Assembly (NCBI GenBank): GCA_963739515.1
Contig: CAVUAO010000003.1
Coordinates: forward strand, 748,170 to 812,169
Direction: 5' to 3'
DNA length: 64,000 nt
Source of the DNA: an uncultured Chloroflexia bacterium
Lineage (GTDB): Bacteria > Chloroflexota > Dehalococcoidia > Dehalococcoidales > RBG-16-60-22
Made by a program: the position numbers and the translations under genes. The notes below the pieces were generated by a model, which saw only the letters and a program-made list of their open reading frames with translations, did not search any database and had not been told where the DNA came from. The first letter of the stretch is position 1; each line of letters begins with the position of its first letter. Positions 47,169 through 55,541 of the stretch are shown here, in pieces.

Positions 47169-47828
47169 TTATTTAACGTAAATAATCTTGGAACCCTGTT
47201 TTATTATTTTCAGGGAAGCTTGGCGGTTAATGGTCGGGTCTGAGACCGCCTGCCATATTCCCCAGAGCGTCGGCAGGAAAGCTTTGAATGTGCTCACTTC
47301 AGCAATGTTATGGGTGCGCCAGCCGCCTCCTGTCGGTTTCTTCCCGCTGGGGTGCGGCGGCATCAGACCGGCTGGTGCGCCTCCGGGAGGTCCTCCCGGG
47401 ATACCATGCATGCAGGAACGCATCTTGCATCCGCCGGGGATTGGTTCCCACTGGTGAGAAAGCACGACATGGGATTTATTTCCGGACTGGGGGTCGGTTG
47501 GCCCTGCGGCGGTAAGAAGGTGTTCATATGTCCAGAACTTTTTTTGTTCCTCCGTCCCCAGATTAGGATCGACCCATTCGATACGAATAGGCATGACCGG
47601 GCCATAATCGATACTTTCGGTGGCAATCTGGACGGCTCCGATATGCCCACCCAAAGGCGGCTTAATCTTCCATCTAAAACCCTTGTGCTCGTCGGGACAC
47701 CATAACTCATAGCCTTTTTCCATGTTGACCCACCACCAATCGAGCATTTCGGCGGTCACTCCGGGAATTACATGGTCGACAACTATCCATGCTGCCGGAA
47801 ACTTTTCTTCTTGCATCTTAGATATCAT
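47169..47828 (-). CDS. PhlG / phloretin-hydrolase-like C-C bond hydrolase (DAPG-hydrolase domain), short form
   Basis: 219 aa. PGVTAEMLDWWWVNM...LWCPDEH matches my recollection of PhlG/Phy (MPGVTxEMFDWWFAWH...IWDPEDH). C-terminal HNIAE matches the HxxxE Zn-ligand pair. ATG 47816 is an alternative start. Confidence 0.5.
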   Translation of the reverse strand: MISKMQEEKFPAAWIVVDHVIPGVTAEMLDWWWVNMEKGYELWCPDEHKGFRWKIKPPLGGHIGAVQIATESIDYGPVMPIRIEWVDPNLGTEEQKKFWTYEHLLTAAGPTDPQSGNKSHVVLSHQWEPIPGGCKMRSCMHGIPGGPPGGAPAGLMPPHPSGKKPTGGGWRTHNIAEVSTFKAFLPTLWGIWQAVSDPTINRQASLKIIKQGSKIIYVK

Positions 47829-47899
47829 CCTCCTTTTAATATCGCTTTTCTAATAATTAGGTAGTTAATTTTCCTTTAACGTTACCAAAGATTTTTTCC

Positions 47900-47928
47900 T
47901 TGACAAAATACTTGAAAGGTAATATTAT
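47900..47928 (+). promoter_or_regulatory. sigma-70-type promoter candidate
   Basis: TTGACA (47900-47905), a 17-nt spacer, then TATTAT (47923-47928). The nearest downstream plus-strand gene starts at 48502. Confidence 0.35.
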
Positions 47929-48501
47929 TATCGTTAATCATAAATGATATTATATATGAAGTCAACTATTATGTGTAATATGATGTTGATATTTTGAATA
48001 TCGAATATTATCATCTATAACCAGGTACATCCTGATAGAGCCGGTGATTATTGCCCATCAACTCCTGAGACCATTCTAGCTATGGTAACTACTCTATAAC
48101 TGGTACAACTACCGGGGGGCAGGTCACCACTATATCAATATGCCTAAGCTCTATTATGGAAACACAACGGTAGGCACTTCTATATTCAGTTTCGGAAACT
48201 ATGTGGCGCGGCAGATCAAGCAGAACGAGACCATCGTACAGTGTTGCAGGCTTTGCGAGTTTAGATTAAGTGTAGCGACATCGAGATGGAGCTAACAAAA
48301 TCTAGTACACTCCATTGTTTTTCTTAATTTAGTAGACTATAATCACAAATAATTCGATGTATTGCCCTCAAATATAAGCTCCCAGTTCTTGAGGCTATCT
48401 TTAATCTAGCAATAAGTAAGAACTGATAATCACTGTTTAAGGTAGGTTACCTCCAATTACGAATTGTGCCCGTGAAAATAAGCATTTAAACGGAGAATAC
48501 A

Positions 48502-49143
48502 ATGAGGATGACTATGAAACAAATAGAGGCTGAAATTAACAGTCTCAAGAAACAGGTTGCAGCCGGGCAACGCGCTAAGGACGAACTCGATATTTGCAAA
48601 GTGCAGTCGCTCTACTCACACCACTACCAAGTCGGGAAGCGAGCTGAAGTGTCAACGCTTTTCGCGCAGCATACACCTGGAGTGACATTAGAAATCGAGG
48701 ACAGTGGCATTTACGAAGGTATTGAGAGTATTACCCGATTTTGGAACACGGTTTTCGGTGGCAATAAGCCTTTCCCACCGGGATGGATGGCTGTCCACAT
48801 GACCTGCAACCCGGTCATTGAATTCAACAAAGACAGTACCCAGGCAAAAGGCGTCTGGCACTCGCATGGTTTCTGTACGATTGGTCGTATCCCGTTCATC
48901 TGCTCCGGTAAATATGACATGGAGTACGTCAAAGAAGATGGTGAGTGGAGAATATTCACCTTTATTTACCGGCAGATTTTCATGTCGCCCTACCATCAAG
49001 GCTGGGTAGAGGCACCTTCTGTGGGTAGCATCGCAGCAAATCCACAAAATAAACCGGATAGAGCTTCTTCTTTTCATGCACCTTACACCCCCGGCGAGAT
49101 CTATTATCCTCAGCCCCCAGCGCCACAGCCTTACAATGATTAA
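48502..49143 (+). CDS. NTF2-like (SnoaL_4-type) protein
   Basis: 213 aa. Has an N-terminal helix, then a cone-like pattern (ICKVQSLYSHHY...GKYDMEYVKEDGEWRI). GGAG lies 8 nt upstream. Confidence 0.5.
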   Translation: MRMTMKQIEAEINSLKKQVAAGQRAKDELDICKVQSLYSHHYQVGKRAEVSTLFAQHTPGVTLEIEDSGIYEGIESITRFWNTVFGGNKPFPPGWMAVHMTCNPVIEFNKDSTQAKGVWHSHGFCTIGRIPFICSGKYDMEYVKEDGEWRIFTFIYRQIFMSPYHQGWVEAPSVGSIAANPQNKPDRASSFHAPYTPGEIYYPQPPAPQPYND

Positions 49144-49328
49144 CTACGAGAGGCATGATTGGCAGTACTCAAACAACGTATTCAAAAAATAATAAGGCAA
49201 AACACAGCTTTAGGAAACTACCAGAACTGATAAAACGGCATCAGATCAAACCTCTGAAAAAGAGAAATAAACGCTTATAATAGGCTAGACACAGAAATAA
49301 ACCAGGTAAGCCAGTTAATGATATATCG

Positions 49329-49349
49329 TGTTTCAGGTGGAGTTCGACT
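49329..49349 (+). repeat. 21-nt direct repeat, upstream copy
   Basis: tgtttcaggtggagttcgact. Matches 50273-50293 with 1 mismatch. Flanking bases are also partly similar (gccagttaatg / gccaatcaagc). Confidence 0.8.
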
Positions 49350-49405
49350 ATCATGGGAGAAATAATTGAAGAAAAAGAATATTCGTGAAAATACGGAGGG
49401 ATTCC

Positions 49406-50137
49406 ATGGAAAAAGTAGCCTTGGTTACCGGCTCGACACATAACATGGGCAAGGCAATCGCCGAAACTTTATCCCGGGACGGGTACCTGGTTATCATAAC
49501 TTCGCGGCATGAAGAGGAAGCCAGAGCGGTGGCGGAGGATCTACCGAAGAAGGGCATTTATTATAAGGTCGACTTTTCCGACGCAAAGCAAATAGAGGGG
49601 CTTTTCTCGTTTATAAAAAAGAAATTCGCACGGCTCGATGTGCTCGTTAATAGCCTCGCATACACGAAAAATGAGTCCATTCTGGACTGCACGCTGGAAA
49701 TTTGGGAGAAGACCATCAACACCAACCTTAGGAGCTATTTCCTATGTACCAAGTATGCGGCGGAGATGATGAAAGAGCTGGGGGGAGGTAATATTGTAAA
49801 TATTACTATATCCGGCAAGCGTGGGACGAAGGACAAGTTTTCCTACGTGGTAAGCAAGGGAGGAGTTGGGTTTCTTACCATGAGCGCCGCTCTCGACCTG
49901 GCGCCATTCAATATCCGCGTCAACTCAGTAGGTTCCGGTCTGGTAGGTACACCGGTAGGGACCAAGGAATTTCCAGAGAGAAATAACCGACCATACGAAA
50001 TCCCTGGCATACCGGCGGGGCACATCGGCGAACCTCAGGATATTGCCAATGCCGTGTCATTCCTACTATCCGATAAAGCCAAATACATTTACGGTGCGAT
50101 GCTATCCGTAGACGGTGGTATGAATTCCTCGCTGTAA
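49406..50137 (+). CDS. SDR-family oxidoreductase
   Basis: Start at ATG 49406 (MEKVALVTGSTHNMGKAIA) with GGAGGG 5 nt upstream. Has a YVVSK catalytic motif. Confidence 0.85.
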   Translation: MEKVALVTGSTHNMGKAIAETLSRDGYLVIITSRHEEEARAVAEDLPKKGIYYKVDFSDAKQIEGLFSFIKKKFARLDVLVNSLAYTKNESILDCTLEIWEKTINTNLRSYFLCTKYAAEMMKELGGGNIVNITISGKRGTKDKFSYVVSKGGVGFLTMSAALDLAPFNIRVNSVGSGLVGTPVGTKEFPERNNRPYEIPGIPAGHIGEPQDIANAVSFLLSDKAKYIYGAMLSVDGGMNSSL

Positions 50138-50272
50138 AGATTGAAAAAACCAGAATCTCAAAGTGTTGAGAGGTCTTCAATGAAAGCTTATGCCGTTCTA
50201 CAGCAAAACTAAAATTTATACCGGTAAAGGGATTAGGTGGTAATTGCTAGAATCAGAGAGCCAATCAAGCAT

Positions 50273-50293
50273 TGTTTCAGGTGGAGTCCGACT
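50273..50293 (+). repeat. 21-nt direct repeat, downstream copy
   Basis: tgtttcaggtggagtccgact. Here it is embedded in a GGTGGAG...CTCCACC inverted repeat. Confidence 0.8.
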
Positions 50294-50453
50294 CTCCCCC
50301 GTCTCCACCAAACACAGAAGAGCTATTTATAGGCTCATTTACGATACGGATTTTAGACTCTTTTCGAGAAACAGTCACTTGAAAGACAGGCTTGAAGGGT
50401 GGTTTTGGCTTTATAGCGATGACTGACTTGTTCTTCTTAGCATCGATAATATT

Positions 50454-51314
50454 CTAAGCCCAATGTTTATCTCCAACGGGGAATCGGCAATGTGGGACTG
50501 AACAATCACTACAGTTAGACAGACGCAACGAAGGCAGTTTGGCTCCCTTCGATTGTTCAATAAATTCTATTGCGTCTCTAACTTGTCCGCTAGTTCCCTT
50601 TATGATTAGTGTCGTTGCTCCCTCTGCACCACCTAAACCGCCAGAGGCTATAGGTACAGCAGTGGCACGGCTCAATATTTTAACAGCTTCTATTTCAGTT
50701 ATTGTTTTTCCATCCGGATAAGGAAATAGTCCGGCAGGTAACCCCATACCGTATTCGTACTTAGCTTGCTTCGCCTCCATCGCCGCCTGGCGTACCGGAA
50801 TAGGTATCAATTTCTCTAGCCCTGCCGGGAAGACCAATGTGAACTTCTTTTTCTTCCATGCCGATAGTATTACGCCCAGACCTCCACGTTCGCCAACTAA
50901 AATGCCCACATTGCCTTGGGGGTCCAGCGCGTTTACCCCTTTTATGTACACATCCTTAGCTGTCATCTGCTCCATTAATTCAGCAGTAGTGTTTTCGGTT
51001 AACACCTTTCCATTCTTTATAGCCCACAAACCCCGGAGCTCTCCTGGATCATATTTCATACTTGGAGGAGAATACCCTCCAAGCACCATTGCCATCTCGA
51101 CACACATTCCTCTTGGAGTAACCACACCGCAAACCCAATGGTTGGTCTTCGGTTTTGCTCCAACTAGTTCCTCGAAAACAAAGTAAGTACTGCTGCTCGG
51201 ATGCATCACAACCATACCCTCCGTGGCAGCCTGTCTCACCACATCTAGTTTGGCAATCGCTTTAGCAATCAATTTTTTGGACTCCGTAGGTGTTAAGACA
51301 ACTTGGGCTAACAT
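50454..51314 (-). CDS. uncharacterised protein (paralogue pair, C-terminal Cys/His motif)
   Basis: 286 aa. Shares TESKKLIAKAI, MHPSSST, YIKGVNALDP, PAGLEKLIPIP and a C-terminal CSDCSVPHC...KHW with its neighbour. Confidence 0.5.
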   Translation of the reverse strand: MLAQVVLTPTESKKLIAKAIAKLDVVRQAATEGMVVMHPSSSTYFVFEELVGAKPKTNHWVCGVVTPRGMCVEMAMVLGGYSPPSMKYDPGELRGLWAIKNGKVLTENTTAELMEQMTAKDVYIKGVNALDPQGNVGILVGERGGLGVILSAWKKKKFTLVFPAGLEKLIPIPVRQAAMEAKQAKYEYGMGLPAGLFPYPDGKTITEIEAVKILSRATAVPIASGGLGGAEGATTLIIKGTSGQVRDAIEFIEQSKGAKLPSLRLSNCSDCSVPHCRFPVGDKHWA

Positions 51315-51348
51315 ATACTCCTCCCTTGATTTCTAACGATAAATCCCC

Positions 51349-52236
51349 TCATTTGTTTTTCAACCAGTGCTTATTTCCACCATACAAGGAACAATGCTGA
51401 TCGTTACATTTGGTACAGTCAGTCTGGCGGAACCGGCGAGAAATTTTAGCGCCTTTAACATCTTCAACATAGGTGATGGCTTTCTTAACTTGATTATCTT
51501 CACCGGAGATTATTAGCGTGATTGCTCCTTCTGCCCCATCTACCCCACCAGCACTGATAGGAATAGCTGTTGCTCCGGTCAGGAATTCAATCGCTTTAAG
51601 CTCGGTAACTACTTTCCCTTCGCATTGTAGAAGCGAACACCGTGCACCCATGGAATAAGACAAGGTCAGTCTGTGTTTGGCTGCTTCAACTGCTTCTTCA
51701 ATTGGTATAGGTATCAATTTTTCCAACCCGACCGGATAAATAATGGTAAATCCCTTTTCCCTTTGGGTACCTATAACCCGACCGATGGTTCCTCCTTCAA
51801 CATCATTACCAATAAGCACGCCTACTTTACCCCGCGGATCGATAGCATTCACACCCTTTACATAGACATCTTTCGGTCCCATCCGTGTGAAAAGACTTAA
51901 AAGGGTTTCGCCTTGGCTCAATTTCTCTTTCTCAATAACCCAGGAGAAAGGAAACGCCTCTGGGCCACCTTTTCCTATAGCCTCGGGATCTGTCGTCATC
52001 CAGACCTTGACCGCATCATCACCGCAAGCCGCCCTGGGCGTAATTGCACCGCACATCCAGACATCGGTTCTTGGGGTTTTCCCTAGGATTTCTTCCGCCA
52101 GGAATAGAGTACTGCTACTGGGGTGCATCACCAGTATTCCTTCTTTAAGAGCTGTCTTAACTTCATACATATTAACCAGCGCTTTAGCAATTAATTTTTT
52201 AGATTCATTGGGTATAAGCGATACCTGAGCGCGCAT
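51349..52236 (-). CDS. uncharacterised protein (paralogue pair, C-terminal Cys/His motif)
   Basis: 295 aa. Has NESKKLIAKAL, MHPSSST, YVKGVNAIDP, PVGLEKLIPIP and a C-terminal CTKCNDQHC...KHW. Confidence 0.5.
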   Translation of the reverse strand: MRAQVSLIPNESKKLIAKALVNMYEVKTALKEGILVMHPSSSTLFLAEEILGKTPRTDVWMCGAITPRAACGDDAVKVWMTTDPEAIGKGGPEAFPFSWVIEKEKLSQGETLLSLFTRMGPKDVYVKGVNAIDPRGKVGVLIGNDVEGGTIGRVIGTQREKGFTIIYPVGLEKLIPIPIEEAVEAAKHRLTLSYSMGARCSLLQCEGKVVTELKAIEFLTGATAIPISAGGVDGAEGAITLIISGEDNQVKKAITYVEDVKGAKISRRFRQTDCTKCNDQHCSLYGGNKHWLKNK

Positions 52237-52533
52237 GTTTCCTCCTGATTCTCCTTGGTATCAAAGGAATATGTAGGATTAAAAAATATTATAGCCTTTT
52301 TCTTATCGCGGTACGAATTTAAAGAGACAATGGGGGGTGATAGATGCATTCAATTCAAATTTGAGTTAACAGTTGTAGTGACCTGACCCCAGAAAACCAT
52401 TGTGTAAATAGATTAACAACACAGTAGATAAAAGTTTATTTCAGAGAGATCATTTTTCGTATAATAACGGTATGGAACAAATAGATATCTATATTCCCAT
52501 AAAAAACTTAACCATGTATGACTAAATAAAAAC

Positions 52534-52572
52534 CTCCGGATAATAATATTATAATTCGGAGTTATTTTGTTT
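52534..52572. terminator. orphan bidirectional terminator-like hairpin
   Basis: Stem 52534-52541 / 52554-52561 (ctccggat...attcggag, one G-U pair) with an AT loop. Flanked by aaataaaaa on the left and ttattttgttt on the right. No annotated gene ends nearby. Confidence 0.35.
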
Positions 52573-53104
52573 AGGGAAAATCGCTATCTAGTAAATAAAA
52601 ATGGTAGCAACGAGTAGATTCGGCCTACGAACCAAAGTGTTTAATGAGGTTCGCTCTCGAAAGGCTGGCAACCCCTTGCCTCCTTTCTGACTTATATAAG
52701 CGTACCAGCAGGATTGATGTATGTTAACATGGGTAAAACTAGACGGAAGTAATATATTATTTTCACCCTCATCGGAAGTGTCTTTTAACCTGAATTAGGT
52801 TTTACCAAAGCTACCTGGGTTTATTTTACGATGGCTGCTATATTACACAAAACAAGCGATTGTGACTCTCATTAAACAATCTGGACAAATATTACGCCGC
52901 TACAGGATTTACCTATTTGTTTCGTGAAGTAATAAAACAATCTTCAGTTTTTCATGTCCATATGAAATATAATCACAACAATACCTATATGATTCACGAT
53001 TACATAACTCTTTAAAATATGCTAAACTTTTTCTCGACTCTACCATGATGTTTTGGCGGATGACTATATTAGAGTACGACTAAAAAAAATTTAAGGAGAC
53101 CCTG

Positions 53105-53794
53105 ATGAATAATGTTAATCAATATGATTGTCTTTTAAACCTAGTTAAAAAAAGACGCACGATACGCCAGTTTAGGTCTGATCCGGTGCCTGACGAATAC
53201 ATTACCAAGATCATCGAAGTGGCGCGCTGGGCTCCATCGGCTTTTCATACGCAACCCTGGGAATTTGTTATCATCAAGAACCAACATATAAAAAACAAAA
53301 TAGTAGCCGCACTCGAACAACATGGGCCACCCATAAAAGACCCACTCAAGGAGTCCTTGCCCAGAAAGAGCTTCAAGGATGCGCCTGTCTTTATATTACT
53401 ATTATGCGATTGGAGAGCCAGTATTGGGCTGCCTGGTCGCACCCCTGAAAACAAAGCGCAGGTAGCCAATCTTTATTGCTCCAGCTTGGCTAATGCCTTT
53501 TTATATATGCACCTGGCGGCCACTGCACTGGGACTGGCATCACAATGGTATACCGCCACGTCTCGTCCGGAAGCCGAGCGTTCCATAAAAGAGATAATCG
53601 GCATTCCTGAAGTCCTAACAATTTATGACATGATGGTAGTTGGTTACGCCGCTAATCCACCTGATCCCAAAATCGTCAGAGATATCGATGAAATAGCGCA
53701 TTACGATAATTGTGGCGAGCAAGATTTCAGGACCGATGAGGAAGTGACAAATTATGCTAAGAAAACCAAAGCCTGGTGCATGTCACAGCATTGA
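53105..53794 (+). CDS. nitroreductase-family protein
   Basis: 229 aa. KRRTIRQFRSDPVP, ARWAPSAFHTQPWEFVII. AAGGAG SD present. Confidence 0.85.
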   Translation: MNNVNQYDCLLNLVKKRRTIRQFRSDPVPDEYITKIIEVARWAPSAFHTQPWEFVIIKNQHIKNKIVAALEQHGPPIKDPLKESLPRKSFKDAPVFILLLCDWRASIGLPGRTPENKAQVANLYCSSLANAFLYMHLAATALGLASQWYTATSRPEAERSIKEIIGIPEVLTIYDMMVVGYAANPPDPKIVRDIDEIAHYDNCGEQDFRTDEEVTNYAKKTKAWCMSQH

Positions 53795-54166
53795 TAATAA
53801 CCCGACCTCAAGTGACACCTTTTTCACTTAGTTAAAGTTCTTGGCTTGTTTCGTAAATAGTAAAAGAAAATGGGATTGAAGCTGGTGAAGAACTCTGGTC
53901 AAATCCGTAGTCTATCCTTTCTCTGAAAACGCGCCAAGCCATATGAAAAGAGTGTATTAGTTCTAGCTGGTTTTGTCAGTAGATTTGCTATCGCCCTTCT
54001 TCAAATGTACCAAATTAGCATTTTGTTTCTTTACCCTCAGCAAACAGGAATGCCTAACAGAAATTGAGGCTGTGTATACGGTAAAAATCACCGCCATATT
54101 TCGCTCCCAGCAAACGCGATGGGAATCCCGTCCATGGCGAAGTTATTCTCCATATGTGATGACTGA

Positions 54167-54364
54167 TCACTGCCGTTCTTTCTCATCATAGCAGAGACAA
54201 AACTTTTTGTTATCCCTGGAACGGATTTGAAAATATCTCTTTCCGGGCTCTAGCCAAGCTTTTTCTATTCGCTCAACCTCAAAGTCTCTGCCTTCCCATC
54301 GGAAAGACTGCGGTCTTTCGGCATAGGTATGACCTGAATAGCAACTTACCTGAAGATCATTCAC
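54167..54364 (-). CDS. small hypothetical protein (65 aa)
   Basis: SYSGHTYAERPQSFRWEGRDFEVERIEKAWLEPGKRYFQIRS resembles a small conserved family I recall from anaerobes but cannot name. Ends at TGA. Confidence 0.35.
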   Translation of the reverse strand: MNDLQVSCYSGHTYAERPQSFRWEGRDFEVERIEKAWLEPGKRYFQIRSRDNKKFCLCYDEKERQ

Positions 54365-54706
54365 TTCGTCCCTTTTCTTTCTACCATATCCTAGAAATCA
54401 CAACTTGGACTAATGTTACCCTTTGTTCCATTAGCTTGGTTTAATAGCAGAAACCTTGGCGCTTATAACTGAGTTAGCAGTATCCTTGGCCACATCCGGC
54501 GTTATTGCTGTGCCCTCAATAATTGTCATATTATTGCGGACCCGCTGCCACCTCCTATCCCGCTCTTCTTTGCCGAACTCAAATATCTCAAACAATTTGC
54601 TTTCCCTCCGCAAAATAAGGTTCCGGTTATTTAAATATTACTCCGGTCATTTTCGGAAAAATCGATAATACCGAAACGATATATTAAATGTTAGCTTTCC
54701 TAAATG

Positions 54707-55507
54707 TTAACCTGGAATTCGCCTAGATTTTGCCAGCCAGGACTCAAGATAACCGTATGCCGACCAGCCCCCGTCTACAACAATAGTTTGCCCTTCCATG
54801 TATTTGGATTCCTCCGAGGCGAGAAAGACAACCGCATCGGCGATTTCAACAGGCTCGGCCAACCTGCCCAACGGCGTTCTATTGGCCAGTTCCGAAACAT
54901 CGAGCACTCCTTTACTTGCCAGGTCTTCAACCAGGTAGGTGTTAACGTAGCCGGGGGCAACCGCGTTAACGTTGATTTTATACCTGGCCCATTCGCAGCC
55001 CAGAACTTTCGTTAGTTGCATCAGTCCTGCCTTGGCACAGCTGTAGCTTACCCGCTCCGGGAAGGCGCCGATGCCGTTAACTGAGGCTATATTGATGATT
55101 TTGCCACCTTTTTGCTTGATCATCTCCCGGCCGGCCGCCTGGCTGCAGAGGAAAGGGCCGGTCAACATTACATCGATGCCGCGCCTCCAACCATTTTCCT
55201 CCAGTTCCTCGGACGGTCCCAGCACAGACATCCCGGCATTATTTACCAGTATGTTGATTTTGCCGAACTCCCCTTTGACCCTTTTTACCATCGCATCGAC
55301 TTCTGATTTATTGGCTACATCGGCCCTGATAGTTATCGCCGGTTGTCCAAGTTCCTGTATTTCCTTCACCACTTCCTCGGCTGCCTCCACCGACTTCGAA
55401 TAGTTTATCGCGACAACAGCCCCCTCCCTGCCAAGGCCAGCGCAATAGCCCTGCCGATACCGCGACTGCCTCCGGTGACCAGCGATACTTTGTCCTTCAA
55501 TCTCATT
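54707..55507 (-). pseudogene. SDR-family oxidoreductase (FabG-like) with one frameshift
   Basis: Own translation from ATG 55507 (GGAGG SD) gives MRLKDKVSLVTGGSRGIGRAIALAL, then a stop. The track ORF continues REGAVVAINY...NNAG...YSCAK. The frames join if one nt is added near 55428-55434. Confidence 0.8.
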
Positions 55508-55541
55508 TGCCGCCTCCGCTTTAATTAAAACGTTCCCGAAT

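Noticed and set aside
52600-52680. Possible tRNA or other structured RNA (gtagattcggcctacgaacc resembles a T-arm-like segment).
   Set aside because: There is no GTTCRANYC T-loop consensus, acceptor stem or anticodon arm that I could fold by eye. The region is better explained by the small SD-preceded ORF or by non-coding spacer.
54431-54613. 60-aa minus-strand ORF whose FEFGKEERDRRWQRVRNNM segment recalls the N-terminus of creatinase/Xaa-Pro-peptidase (M24) proteins.
   Set aside because: Only about 20 residues are suggestive and the rest does not fit. There is no downstream continuation in any frame that I could follow.
44232-54700. Calling the low-GC block a mobile element or genomic island.
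   Set aside because: I could recognise no integrase, transposase, conjugation or phage genes, no tRNA attachment site and no terminal repeats. It is reported only as a compositional observation.
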